DNA of 63,363 nt, counting the filler, from Octopus bimaculoides (lineage: Eukaryota): the NCBI RefSeq assembly GCF_001194135.2. It is 6 parts of 5 records of this genome, joined end to end, with 100 filler letters (N's around TTAATTAATTAA, not from the genome) between each part and the next. Parts side by side here need not be neighbours in the genome. Positions count along the whole stretch, not along the records: positions 1 to 28,745 come from NC_069001.1; 5 more parts are not named here. One strand, 5' to 3'. Of the stretch, positions 1-12,515 are shown in pieces. Within the stretch, counting starts at the first letter, position 1, and the number at the start of each line of letters is the position of its first letter. The notes beneath the pieces are model-generated. The model saw only the letters and a list, made by a program, of their open reading frames with translations, ran no database searches and had not been told where the DNA came from. The translations under genes and the position numbers were made by a program.

Positions 1-57
<57 letters not shown>

Positions 58-361
58 CACTTGCGCGCGCACGCACACCCCCACACATACACACGTACAT
101 TCACTCGTATACAGACATAGAGATACAACAGAGAGGGGCATAGATTGATAGATAGATAGATAGATAGGTAGATACATATATACATACATACATACATATA
201 TAATATATATACCACTCATATTCATGTATGTATATACGTAGGTATTCATTTGATACGTTACAATGTCATATGTGATATACCCTGTATATATATCGTTCAT
301 GATTTGTGCACTTATACACTCAAACTTACATATTTCCAAATACAAAAACGTATGTATAATG

Positions 362-403
<42 letters not shown>

Positions 404-442
404 CATTATACATATATNNNNNNNNNNNNNNNNNNNNNNNNN

Positions 443-500
<58 letters not shown>

Positions 501-842
501 ACGCACACAAGGTACGGATATCTTTAAAATTTTGGACCAATACCTATCTGGGTGTATATGTGTGTATGTTTCTTCAATCGTGTGTATTCTCAAACATTCA
601 CCGTCTTTCAATTTTGGTTTATTTACTCGTGAAATTTCAACCCTCAGGCTGAATGCCATGTTGGATCCATGTATTCAATGGTGACCGCTCTATGTTTCTA
701 TTGTTATCTAGACTTTGTGGTCACTGGCGTCCATGTTTCTTTTCTTTCAATCTGTTTTTAATTTTGCCTCATTTCGTTTTTGTAATATCTTACCGAGTCG
801 TTCTTTCAGGCCGTCGGATATAATTCATCTTTTTTCCATAGT

Positions 843-1045
843 TTTACATGTTTCGATCATTTCACTGCGGCCATAGTGGAGCACCGCCTTAAAGAGTTTT
901 ACTCGAATAAATCGACGCCAGGATTTATCATTTTGTTGAAGCCTAGTACTTATTCTATCGTCCCCTAAGTGGCTGAGGCATAAGCACACCAACACCGGTT
1001 GTCAAGTGGTAGTGGGTGACCAACACAGACACAAAGACATACACG
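843..1045 (-). mobile_element. SINE family C, 3' tail fragment
   Basis: Reverse complement matches the tail of the full copy at 18763-19160 (gatagaataagtactagg...ggcggtgctcca..atggccgcagt). Confidence 0.75.
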
Positions 1046-1080
1046 CACACACACACATAGATATATATACGTGTATATAA

Positions 1081-1118
<38 letters not shown>

Positions 1119-1513
1119 ATTTGATAGACGGAAATTAAAAGAAGCACGTCATATATATATATNNNNNNNNNNNNNNNNNNNNNNNNNNNNNNNNNNNNNN
1201 NNNNNNNNNNNNNNNNNNNNNNNNNNNNNNNNNNNNNNNNNNNNNNNNNNNNNNNNNNNNNNNNNNNNNNNNNNNNNNNNNNNNNNNNNNNNNNNNNNNN
1301 NNNNNNNNNNNNNNNNNNNNNNNNNNNNNNNNNNNNNNNNNNNNNNNNNNNNNNNNNNNNNNNNNNNNNNNNNNNNNNNNNNNNNNNNNNNNNNNNNNNN
1401 NNNNNNNNNNNNNNNNNNNNNNNNNNNNNNNNNNNNNNNNNNNNNNNNNNNNNNNNNNNNNNNNNNNNNNNNNNNNNNNNNNNNNNNNNNNNNNNNNNNN
1501 NNNNNNATAGTGT

Positions 1514-1867
1514 GGAGGTGCAATGGCCCTGTGGTTAGGGCAGCGGACTCGCGGTCGTGGGATCGCTGTTTCGATTCCCAGACCGGACGTTGTGTTTATT
1601 GAGCGAAAAAAAAAACACCTAAAGCTCCACGAGGTTCTACTCTTTCATCACAACTTTCTCTCACTCTTTCTTCCTGTTTCTGTTGTACCTCTATTTAAAA
1701 GGGCCAGCGTTGTCACACACTCTCTCACGCTGAATCTCCCCGAGAACTACGTTAAGGGTACACGTGTCTGAGGAGTGCTCAGCCACTTACACGTTAATTT
1801 CACAAGCAAGCTGCTCCATTGATCCGATCAAGTGGAACACACGTCGTCGTAACCGACGCAGTGCCAC
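1514..1867 (+). mobile_element. tRNA-derived SINE family A, near full length
   Basis: Pol III A-box (tggccctgtgg) and B-box (gtttcgattccc); body matches copies at 4839-5223, 7088-7419, 54696-55053. Confidence 0.9.
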
Positions 1868-2654
1868 GATTTCGTACATTACTGCCTTTCGTATACTGTA
1901 TTATTGCATAATATCACTACTGGCTTTAGTATATGAAATAAGAAATTACCAACACCAGAGTTCGAGCATTATTTTCCTTTCATCGCAGACACAAATTCAA
2001 TGAATCAATTCGCTGCTTTTATTTTACTACCTACAGGCGGCGAATTGCGTTGTTAAAACGTCTGAAAGTATGTCGTCGTTCAGTATTTGTTCCGACTTTG
2101 TTAGTTCAGATAACCCGGGGTGAATTTTCTTTTACTTTTCATCCAATCGCGCGATCGATAAAGATGTATCAAAATATGACGTACCAGGTAGTGGTGTTGC
2201 GGCCATTGCCTTCTATTCTGAATAAAAATTAAAACGAAAAAAAAAAAATTCATTTAAGAACCACCTTGATCTTAGACTGTGACGAACTGACAGATAAACA
2301 CGGCTATTATTATCTTATAGGTTTTACTCCAGTCAGGTTTGAGGGAGCAGATCTATGGTTAAAGCATTTCCATATTTGGGCATCTTGTCTTTAATTCAAA
2401 TACAGTACGTAGCGAACTAAGCTACCATCAGTAAATCATGTATGTTTGAAAAACGCTGTTTTGAGGTTGTAGAAGGAGCATAAATCTTTCTTAGATTTCT
2501 CTAAAACTCGGAATATGTTTGAAGAGCATTTTAGAAAAAATAAACCAGTTAATTCTATGAAAGGAAATATCTCCGGAGGTAGAAGGATGGATAAGAATAT
2601 ATAGTGGAGGAGTTAAGATGTTGTTGATGTATTGCTGTATAATCCAAGGGTGAA

Positions 2655-2972
2655 GACAAATGGTTTAGTGGTTAGGGTATTTGGCTCATGTTTGTAAGGT
2701 TATGAGTTCGATTCCTGGTGATGCGTTGTAGCCTTGAGCAAGACACTTTATTTCACGTTGCTCCAGTCCACTCAGCTGGCCAAAATGAGTAGTACCTGTA
2801 TTTGAAAGGGTCAGCCTTGTCACATTCTCTGTCACGCTGAATCTCCCTGAGAACTACATTAAAGGTACACGTGTCTGTGGAGTGCTCAGCCATCTGCATA
2901 TCAATTCCACGGACAAGGTTGTACCGCTGACCGGATCAACTTGAACACTACGTCGTAACCGACGGACTGCCA
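2655..2972 (+). mobile_element. Chimeric SINE: tRNA head + CORE-like middle + family A 3' tail
   Basis: B-box gagttcgattcc, CORE-like ccttgagcaagacactt segment, then the same tail as family A from cctgtattt onward. Confidence 0.75.
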
Positions 2973-4549
2973 GTTAATCCAACGTCTACCTTCGATCGAG
3001 TAGGGATATAATTATCGGTGTTCCATCAATGACAATATTGTTCATTTATACATCCAGACCTCCATTGTTTGAATACGTCCTTCCTTTCTAATTTCTAAAA
3101 CCATGGTTGAGATATAAAAGGATTTGGCTGCTATTTCCAGCAGATAGAGCGACCATATGGAGCCTCTCTAATTGGCAAAGTAATACGATACGAGCATGTT
3201 GTGCTGCGGTGTTAGAAGTAAGAATGCACAACCCTGATTACAAATAACAATTGGTGAAGGCATCTTTAGGGGATCAAATATATGAAAGCAGAAAGATTAA
3301 TTTTCTCCCATTCAGGAATTTTGTTGTTTTGTTTTTTAACTTCTGAAACAAGAGGCGGAGTTTAATCATCCCAAACTGTTTCTGGTCAATGTCTGCCTCA
3401 GTGTGAGAGCCTAATTACTGTATTGTATTTATTTAGGGTAGAAGAAAGAGGGTCATAGCTAATATCTGGTTTAGCTCACTAATTGAAACTGGACAGCTAA
3501 TCTAATTTAATCCACGCCTTAGCACTAGATTACGCCAGAGTTTATTGACACTAATCTGAAACGTAAGTGAAAGCCAAAATATTTAGCCTAAAGATACTTT
3601 GTGTGTATGAAAAGAAACGAAATGACTTCGCTTGATTAAACCCTAAATTGGACTCGTCTTGTGAGCATGTATGTGTCTATGGCTATATTGGTGTGTACGT
3701 GTGTGTGTATGTACAGAAAGCGATAGAGGAAGAGAGAGAAAGAAATGGAGAAATAGAGAAAGAGATTGATAGATGGAGAGAGAGAGAGATAGACACGGGG
3801 AGAGGAAGGCGGAGAAAGAGAGAGGTTGTTTGATTGACTCAGATAAAACGAAAGCAATATAAGATATTGCTCCAATATTCGTGCTCTGCATGAAAATAAA
3901 GACGGGTTTCTAAATTAAAAAAATAATAATAATAACAACAATAAAGATTTCTAACGGAGGCAGAAGACCACAAATTAATCGAGCGAAATAATGATTACCT
4001 AAGGCGTTCCGACCGTGACCATCCCGTGTTTTATTCTGTCACAATGAATAACAAACAGAACTACACGATTCCAATCTGTCATTCATTCATTCATCAAAGT
4101 GAATTGTGATTTGAAGGTGGGAAATTTCGGCTGCTCTTTCTAGCAGGTCACCTGACCACAGAAGAACCTCCCCACCTCCGATCTTTCCCTAGTTGGCTCG
4201 TTAACATTACATTTTCCGCAACATTATATCTAACTGTGATATTATTAGTTTGCTGGTACTGATAGTGTATCGGACGAAAAAATTCTTGCCGTATGTATAT
4301 GCGGCACTTTACATTCCAAGATGGGTTGCCATCGCCATAGACGCCTTTGTGTTTCAAACATCTAGCGTCCAGTAACGAAGCCTACAGAATAGACTTCTCA
4401 GTTACCTTCCGCACGATTAAATACATTACTATATCTTTTATTTTGCTATTTGTTTCGGTCATTGGATTACGGCCAAACTGGAGCACTTTATTCAATACTT
4501 ATATTTTGGTTTTCACCCATTAAATTATGTAGATTGAACTATATAAACG

Positions 4550-4735
4550 TGAGAGTAAGAAACCTAATTGTCTCTTGCAATACATATTAATATCACAGCT
4601 AAAGCGATTTTTTTTCAGGGGCTCTTAAAATACTGTGCGGATCCCCAATTTACCATTTTGTTACGTGGATCTCTTTGATTACTATTCTATTCTGGTGGAA
4701 CCCCCATAGCCATTTGATGTTTAAAAACTCGTTTT
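4550..4735 (+). mobile_element. Decayed MITE-like fragment, related to 4815-5400
   Basis: Shares aaacct..ct..ttgcaat and gggctcttaaaatac..tgtggatc.ccaat segments with the next copy; family not assigned. Confidence 0.4.
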
Positions 4736-4838
4736 ATAGAAATCTCTTTCAAATTCCTATTTCGTTTTTCGCATATTATCATGTGTAGGCTGAACTATGT
4801 AGAATATTTGAGAAAGAAACCTGACTGTTTTCTGCAAT

Positions 4839-5223
4839 GTTGTTGTTGGCACTCCGTCGCTTACGACGTTGAGGGTTCTAGTTGATCCGATCAACGGAAC
4901 AGCCTGCTCGTGAAATTAACGTGCAAGTGGCTGAGCACTCCACAGACACGTGTACCCTTAACGTAGTTCTCGGGGCTATTCAGCGTGACACAGTGTGACA
5001 AGGCTGACCCTTTGAATTACAGGCACAACAGAAACAGGAAGAAAGAGTGAGAGAAAGTTGTGGTGAAAGAGTACAGCAGGTTCGCCACCTCCCCCTGCCG
5101 GAGCCTCGTGGAGCTTTTAGGTGTTTTCGCTCAATAAACACTCACAACGCCCGGTCTGGGAATCGAAACCGCGATCCTATGACCGCGAGTCAGCTGCCCT
5201 AACCACTGGACCATGGCGCCTCC
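4839..5223 (-). mobile_element. SINE family A, full length, with 12-bp TSD
   Basis: A/B boxes, (CAA)n tail, TSD gttttctgcaat (4827-4838) / gttttcagcaat (5224-5235); interrupts an older MITE-like copy. Confidence 0.92.
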
Positions 5224-6217
5224 GTTTTCAGCAATAAATATATCTAAAGTAAAATTTTTTAGGGCCTCTTAAAATACCATTGTGGATCACCAATATTTAA
5301 AAATTTTTTTTTTTTTTTGCGTTCACCCCACCAATATCTTATATGGATTCTCAGAAGCCATATGAGCCACCGTTGGAAACTACTGATCTAGACTGTGTGT
5401 CCTAAGTTACCCTCGTTATCAGAAATACGTAGCAGATCACAAGGTACTTAACCACGAGACGAGGCTTATCTGTTATTTGTTTAACGACCTAAAACTGATC
5501 TTAAGTACCGTTCTTCGACACCCCGACCTACAAAGCTAAGTTGACATATACATTTGCTAAAACAGGCAGGGCTCTGTTCAATGTTGTTTGAGCAACACAC
5601 AAAAAGTAGCGACTCACAGTATTATCTTACTTAGAATTACATACCAATATTTACGATGCCTGTTTTCTCTCGCAGATTTATCACTAAGAAAATTAGGGAA
5701 AGCGGTTAGCGGTCTCAGAAGTGAAATGATGTGATGTCATCTGATGCGATTTGATAGGACGTGGATACGTACAAATAAATATAACTGGGGTTGTACACGT
5801 CTAACAGATTTTGCTTTAATTGAAATGGACGTTGCTGTTGTATATTTTTGTAATATGTTTACAAAAGAAGTAAAAGAAATGTAACTTCATTGACAGAGAA
5901 ATACTAGAGGAAACCAGTTGGTCGGGGTTTTGAAAGTAGATTAGATTAATTTACAACAGTATGCTAATATCTTTGACAGGGCTGCAAGCGATACAGGCTT
6001 TTAATTGCCCCAAATATGTGACATTTCCGTGTTTATTACTAATGAGAAAATGAGAAAATATAAGTTGTAGTCAGGAGTGGGGTGGAGTGGAGGTTCCCCT
6101 GGAGAAGAGAACTATTCTAATAAGATGCTTTTCCTTTCTTTTGTATATACATACCTCCACACACACACAAATTCACTATGTATATGTATACATGTGTGTG
6201 TATGTATATATGTATAA

Positions 6218-6258
<41 letters not shown>

Positions 6259-6388
6259 ATATATGTATGTATATATGAATATATATGTATGTATTTATAC
6301 ACAAACACACACGCACGCACACACACATTATATGTGTGTGTGTGTGTATGGATATATACACACACATACACACATATATACACACACA

Positions 6389-6420
<32 letters not shown>

Positions 6421-6774
6421 GTGAATAAGTAAAAGGCCTTTGTAGACATATTTTCGTGTTGAAACACGACTACAGCTGGGTGACAGATTGAAAGTATTAA
6501 AACAAAAAAGAAAACAGAAATAAATATCGAAAGGAAAAACTAATAAAAAATAATAGAAAAAAAAAAAGAAAAAAAAAGCAGAAAGCATACGGCTTACAGC
6601 TGAGTTAACATTTCAGAAATTTCTAAATTAAATAAATGAAGCCATAGAAAATAGCAATGTTTAATCACCAACAAATAGAAATATTACAGATTTAGGATTT
6701 CGTTTCAATTTCTGATTTTCGTAAACCTCAATGCTATTTTGTGTGATCGTATTTTGATTTTCGTTTCAGTTTAT

Positions 6775-7000
6775 CTTTTTCTCTTAGCATTTACATGTTT
6801 TAGACATTAGACTGCGGCGGCCACCCTGGGGCACCGCCCTGACGAATTTTTCAGTTGAATAAATCGACCCCAGTGTTTTTTTTTTTTATTTTTAAGCTGT
6901 GTAATTGTTCTATCGTTCTCTTTTTCAGAAACATTAAGTTACTAGAACGGTAACTCGCAAATCACCATTTGTCAAGCAATGTCAAGCAGTGGACAAACAC
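6775..7000 (-). mobile_element. SINE family C, 3' tail fragment
   Basis: Reverse complement of ggggtcgattt...ggcggtgccccagg..gccgcagtc tail. Confidence 0.65.
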
Positions 7001-7010
7001 AGATAGAAAG

Positions 7011-7043
<33 letters not shown>

Positions 7044-7087
7044 CACACACGTATATATGCATATGTATGCATGTTGTGTGTGTGTGT

Positions 7088-7419
7088 GGAGGCGCGGTCT
7101 TAGGATCGCGGTTTCGATTCCCAGACTGAGCGGTGTGAGTGTTTGAGCGAAAACACCTAAAGCTCCACGAGGCTCCGGCAGGGGATGGTGGCAAACCCTG
7201 CTGTACTCTTTCACCACAACTTTCTCTCACTCTTTCCTCCTGTTTCTGTTGTACCTGTATTTCAAAGGGTCAGCCTTGTCACACAATCTCCCGGAGAACT
7301 ACGTTAAGGGTAGACGTGTCTGTGGAGTGCTCAGCCACTTGCACGTTAATTTCACGAGCAGGCTGTTCCGTTGATCGGATCAGCTGGCACACTCGTCATC
7401 GTGACCGACGGAGTGCCAA
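7088..7419 (+). mobile_element. SINE family A with head deletion
   Basis: Colinear with 4839-5223 but lacks most of the A-box segment. Confidence 0.85.
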
Positions 7420-7479
7420 TGTGTGTGTGTGTGTGTGCCTTTCTATCTGTGTTTGTCCACGTGGGACAGTTAGAATTTT

Positions 7480-7565
7480 GTAGAAGACACTTGACGTAGG
7501 TGCCACTCAGTGGGACTGAACCTGGAACCATGAGGTTGCAAAGAAAGCTTCTTAGTTACAAGGCC
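7480..7565 (-). mobile_element. SINE family C, head fragment
   Basis: Reverse complement of ggttcagtcccactg.gtggcacct.....agtgtcttcta. Confidence 0.65.
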
Positions 7566-7811
7566 TGAAATTTCGGTGGAGCTGGGTAAGCTATTCACGT
7601 GTAACTCAAATCTTTTACTGGCACTCGTTTTTATTCACGCCGAAAGTATAGAAAGCAAAGTCGACTTCAATGAAATCTGCACTCGGAATCTATACTCGAA
7701 AAAATACCGTCAGACATGTTGACTTTCCAATTTAACAACTCTACCAGCTCGCTGCCTACAAATTAATATAACATAATTAATACAACTTACATGTTTCAGA
7801 ATCCACAACAG

Positions 7812-7975
7812 GTGTAGTTGTGGCTTTGTGGTAAGGAGTTTCCTTCCCAGTCACACGGTTCCGAGTTCAGTCCCACTGCGTGGCACATCGAGAAAATGTT
7901 TTCTACTATAGCCTCCGGCTGACCAAAGTCTTGTGAGTGGATTTGGTTGAAGGAAGCTGAAAGAAGCCCATTGTA
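7812..7975 (+). mobile_element. SINE family C, tRNA head + CORE-like segment
   Basis: tggctttgtggtaag A-box, agttcagtccc B-box, ends gaaagaagccc followed by (TA)/(TG). Confidence 0.8.
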
Positions 7976-8240
7976 TATAATATATATGTGTGTGTGTGTA
8001 TTAGTAGTGTTACTCTATAGAACATTCCTTTTATACCGTCTGCAAATACCGATAAACTCGCTGGAGAAGGGGTGACACGAAAATTAAGGTTTTTAACAGT
8101 GGTATAGCCCCTTCGACAGAATCCAATGCAGACCACCACTACTCAGACTTCGGATTTTATTTACTATTTCTATTAAGACGATTGTATATAATAATCTTTG
8201 AGAGTCTAGTGTTATTGATTTTTCTTTTTCTTTTTTTTTG

Positions 8241-8345
8241 GTTAGCACGCCGGACCAAATGCTTAGCGGCATTTCTGAGTTCAAATTCCACCGAAGTCGA
8301 CTTTACCTTATTATCCTTTCGGGGTCGATAAAATAAGTACCAGTT
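8241..8345 (+). mobile_element. SINE family B, partial
   Basis: ttagcacgccgg...gagttcaaattcc..cgaagtcgacttt...ggggtcgataaaataagtacc. Confidence 0.75.
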
Positions 8346-8563
8346 GGTAACTGACGTCGAGGATACCTTGGATAATGTAACCTCAGAAGCAGATTCATGA
8401 AAAAAAAAAAAAGATGATCAAGATGGTCCTAAGTGGAATACCTGTGATCAAACGTTTCAGTCCGATATATCTGACCTCAGTTAAATATCTCTGGGACTAT
8501 ACAACAATAATAACAACGGGAATTATCTGAGAATTTATGCTTATCAAAATATTTCTGATACTA

Positions 8564-8780
8564 AAGCGGTAAGCTGGCAGATTCGTTAGCACGGTGGGCA
8601 AAAGGCTTAGCCGCATTTCGATCGTCACTATGTTCTGAGTTCAAATTCCACCGAAGTCGCCTTTGCCTTTCATTCTTTCGCTGTCGACAAAATAAGTACC
8701 AACTGATGATTGAGGTCGATCTAATCGATCCCCCCCACCCACTGAAATTGCTAGCCTTGGGCCAAAATTTAAAACCGGTA
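8564..8780 (+). mobile_element. SINE family B, tail type 2 (gccttgtgccaaaatttgaaacc)
   Basis: Full head with B-box gagttcaaattcc and type-2 tail. Confidence 0.85.
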
Positions 8781-9224
8781 TCTGTCTGATGCTAATGCAG
8801 TGAATATCAGAATCGTTAGCACCTATATATTCTGATACTAATTTTAGTCTTTAAGTTCTTATTACTCTTCTAGTTTAGTATCCTAACCTAATTTACTCTT
8901 CCATATCACCATAGTGTGTATTTATCTGATCCAGCATATTATCTCTAATATTGTCATTATCTAAATTCAATTTAAACTTTGTAAATTTTAATTAACTTGC
9001 ATTCGTGGTCTTAGGCAATTGCCTGTTTGGTGAATTTATGTAATCACGCAGTCATTCTGTCATATCACTGTTCACTCTGTCATATTGGTTTCAAATTTTG
9101 AAAGAATTTCCTAGAAATTTCACAAAAATGGCTAAGAAGATTACATCGACCCAGTGCACAACTGGTACTCCGAAAGAATTGAAGGATGACACCAATATCG
9201 TTACCATTATTTCATTAAGGCAAA

Positions 9225-9435
9225 GGCGGTGAGCTTGGCAGAATCGTTAGCACGCCCGACGAAATGCTTAGCGATTTTCCGTCGGCAGCTACGTTCTCAG
9301 TTCAAATTCCGCCGCGGTCGACTTTGCCTTTCATACTTTCGGAGTCGATAAATCAAGTACCAGGTGCGTACTGGGTCGATCTAATAGATTAGCCCCTCCC
9401 CCAAAATTTCGGGCCTTGTGCTTAGAGTAGAAACG
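9225..9435 (+). mobile_element. SINE family B, tail type 1, first copy of tandem pair
   Basis: Full length; preceded by 19-bp attatttcattaaggcaaa. Confidence 0.9.
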
Positions 9436-9454
9436 ATTATTTCCTCTAGGTAAA

Positions 9455-9667
9455 GGCGACGAGCTTGGCAGAATTGTTAGCACGCCGGGCAAAATGCTTA
9501 GCGATTTTTCGTCGGCAGCTACGTTCTGAGTTCAAATTCCGCTGAGGTTGACTTTGCTCTTTATCCTTTCGGAGTCGATAAATTTAGTCCTGGTGAAACA
9601 GTGAGATCGATGTAATCGATTAGTCCCCTCCCTGAAAATTTCAGACCTTCTGTCTATACTAGAAAGA
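9455..9667 (+). mobile_element. SINE family B, tail type 1, second copy of tandem pair
   Basis: Full length; followed by an identical 19-bp attatttcattaaggcaaa. Confidence 0.9.
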
Positions 9668-10628
9668 ATTATTTCATTAAGGCAAATTTATTGCATTTTG
9701 CGGTGTTAGTGGCGGTTAGTAGTAGTAGTAGTGGTGGTGGTGGTGGTGAACTTTATAGTTTTTGATTTTTGTTGATCATCATCTCGGTCAACTCTGAACT
9801 AGAAGTGCTACGAACATCGGGTATTTGGATTATCCAACATGTACGTTGAGTTGTGTTTTAAGAGTGATTTAGTTTCTATATCTAGCAAACTAATCGACCG
9901 CACAATTTTTTTTGTTTGTTTTTTTTATCCTACTTGGAATATTCTTCGGAAACTGTATAGGCAGAAGCAACAGAAGATTGGCAGAGAAAATCTATTACGG
10001 AATTTAAAGCTAATCTTGTTACGTCTTAAGTTCAAATCGTAATTGGTTTCAAAATTCTGTTGTTTAAAAAGATATAACAACGAAAAAGAAAAAAAGAAAA
10101 TCGAAAAAAGAAGGAAAAAAAGAAAGTAACAAGAACAAACTTGCAAATATATACAAGCACAGAATGTTCATATTATATTTCAATGAAATATGGTGTTGAA
10201 AATACTAAACGTCCTATTTAATAACAGAATATAGACTTGTAAGAAATTGTGTACTGCAGCTGCCGACATATCAGATGACAAAGTGCCAATTTCAGGTTTA
10301 GTAAGTTGTCTTAATTCTTGAAAGCTTCTCAGTCGTGCATTGTGTTAAGTCATTGGATGTAAATCACTCCAAGGTCACTAATCACAGAGATTTAGATCAG
10401 GGAATAATACCACCGGGAAAAAATGCTGTTGGTACACTTGTTGTGTTATACATACATACACAAATACATACATATATATATTGAGAAAAAATGTCGTGAG
10501 AATTATAATTAGCACTTTCGTTCATCTCTAGAACTTGTCGAATACAATTTTGTGAATGTACAAACAGCTTGTTCATTTATAATAAACAAATGTTTTTTTT
10601 AGGGAGTTTTGTTTAGAAGAGTACATTG

Positions 10629-10652
10629 TTTTTGTTTTTCTTTTAGGTGAGT
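10629..10652 (+). other. Candidate recursive splice site (3' acceptor fused to 5' donor)
   Basis: tttttgtttttcttttAG|GTGAGT; motif only, no host gene identified. Confidence 0.3.
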
Positions 10653-11408
10653 TTCAAAGATAATGAAGATGGATAGATAGAAATATAGATAGATAGATAG
10701 ATAGATATCAGGGTTAAAAACACCTTATACATAAACAAAATGGTAAATGATAGATTTCGGTCACTTATTTTCATTCGGGATAAGGAATGGTTTAATGGCT
10801 CTTGATTTCTTTTCACAGCTGTTGAATACTTAAATAGAAATTAATATTTTTATTCTACAAACAGCAGAATTCCCTTTTACTTGTCGTAAAATAGTTTAAC
10901 CACTTCAAAAATATATATATTGAAGCAGTAAAAAGAGTCGCATTGAATAAATCGAAATACGTTTACAATAGAATTAACTATTTTACTAACTGAAGATTTT
11001 TGTAAAATCTTCCGCTATTTTTATTCCCTTTTCTCTTTCTTCTTTCAGTCTCGCTTTTTTTTTTATCTTTTCCTTTCATCACACAGTCGGTTGCTCTATG
11101 TGAAATATTCATGAGAATTTGTATTTTGGGTTGTGTGCGGCGAAAAAAATGTCTTCGGCCAAAAATAAAACACATACGCAGTTTTCAATACTCTGCCTAT
11201 GTAAATTAAATGAATAAATTAATTATTTTGCTTCTCTAAATATATTGCTTGAAAATCATTTTGATTTTCAAACAAGTTTTAGTCACAGCAATATGTGGAT
11301 TACAATAAGAATAAGTAATGACAAAGTATCACCACAAATAAGCAACGCACACAATACTGGGTTCGGTAAGCACAATATAACATCTACAACAGCAACAACA
11401 AAAATACT

Positions 11409-11623
11409 AATCCTTTCTATTATAGGTGTAAGATCCGAGGCTTTGGGGGAAGGGACTAGTCGATTACATCGACCCCAGAATTTCACTGGTATATAATTTA
11501 TCGACCCCGAAAGAATGAAAATCAAAGTCGACCTCGGCGGAATTCGAACTCAGAACGTAGCGGCAGACGAAATACCGCCAAGCATTTCGCCCTGCGTGCT
11601 AACGACTCTGCCAGCTCGCCGCC
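11409..11623 (-). mobile_element. SINE family B, tail type 1
   Basis: Full-length reverse-complement match to 9225-9435. Confidence 0.88.
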
Positions 11624-12302
11624 TTAATACTAGCAGTAATAATGGCTCGAACTTTCGGTACAATGCCAGCAATTTTTTAGAGGGTTGGAGTGAATCGATC
11701 AAACTGACCCCAAAGCTCAACTGGTACTTATTTTTCGATCCCGAGAAAGATGACAGTGAACGTCAACCTCAGCAGGAATTGAACTCAGAACGTAAAAAAG
11801 CCAAAAAAAAACCCCAAAACACACAAAGAAGTAATAATAACTACAAAGCTCATATTACCATGTCTATTACCGCACTACAGCTACCACCACTACCACTACT
11901 ACTATTTGTTGCAATGGCTCTATTATCTTCCTAAATAGCATTAAATGATGTTGTTAAAATTTCCAGTTAAATCTTAATGTGGCCCTGGCAGTCAAACGAG
12001 AAGGTAACTTTTTCCCCCCACCAACATCACCCCTTCCATTATCGTAAGCACTAACAACAGCACCATCATCATCAGTAATTCTGTTTGCCGTGCTAAAATT
12101 CCTACATGCCATTTCTCAACAGCATTGATCAGCCAACATTTCATATATGTCGAGAATGTTTGAGTGTGAGTGTCTGTTTGTAATACTTTACCATTCTTCT
12201 ATTTTCTCCCGTCTTCTCCCACCTTTTCTTCTTCTTCCCCCTTCTTCAATTGAGAGTGACAGATAGATAGATAGATAGACAAATAGATAGATAGATAGAT
12301 AG

Positions 12303-12386
12303 ATACAAAATTAAGAGGAATGACCAGCAAAAGCGGACTCCTATATGCTAGTCCACTTTTGCTGGTCATTCCTCTTAATTTTGTAT
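12303..12386. repeat. Near-perfect 37-bp inverted repeat with 10-nt loop
   Basis: Arms 12303-12339 and 12350-12386 differ at one position. Confidence 0.95.
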
Positions 12387-12484
12387 ATAATATAATTTTA
12401 ATCTTCGGATTTATTTAAATATGCTAGACCACTGGTTTTAATTGATTAATATCAATTTCTACCCTTATTATTAAATTTTTAGAC

Positions 12485-12515
<31 letters not shown>

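Noticed and set aside
1514-1590. tRNA gene
   Set aside because: A/B boxes are present but there is no full cloverleaf and it continues into a SINE body; the same holds for the other heads
5720-5750. C/D-box snoRNA-like TGATG...CTGA
   Set aside because: Imperfect C box, boxes too close, no terminal stem
9206-9686. CRISPR-like repeat-spacer pattern
   Set aside because: The long units are near-identical SINEs and the short units are TSDs; eukaryotic context, no cas genes
10260-10306. Possible 41-nt exon AADISDDKVPISGL with GTAAGT donor
   Set aside because: Weak acceptor tract and no recognisable homology; expected by chance in this much sequence
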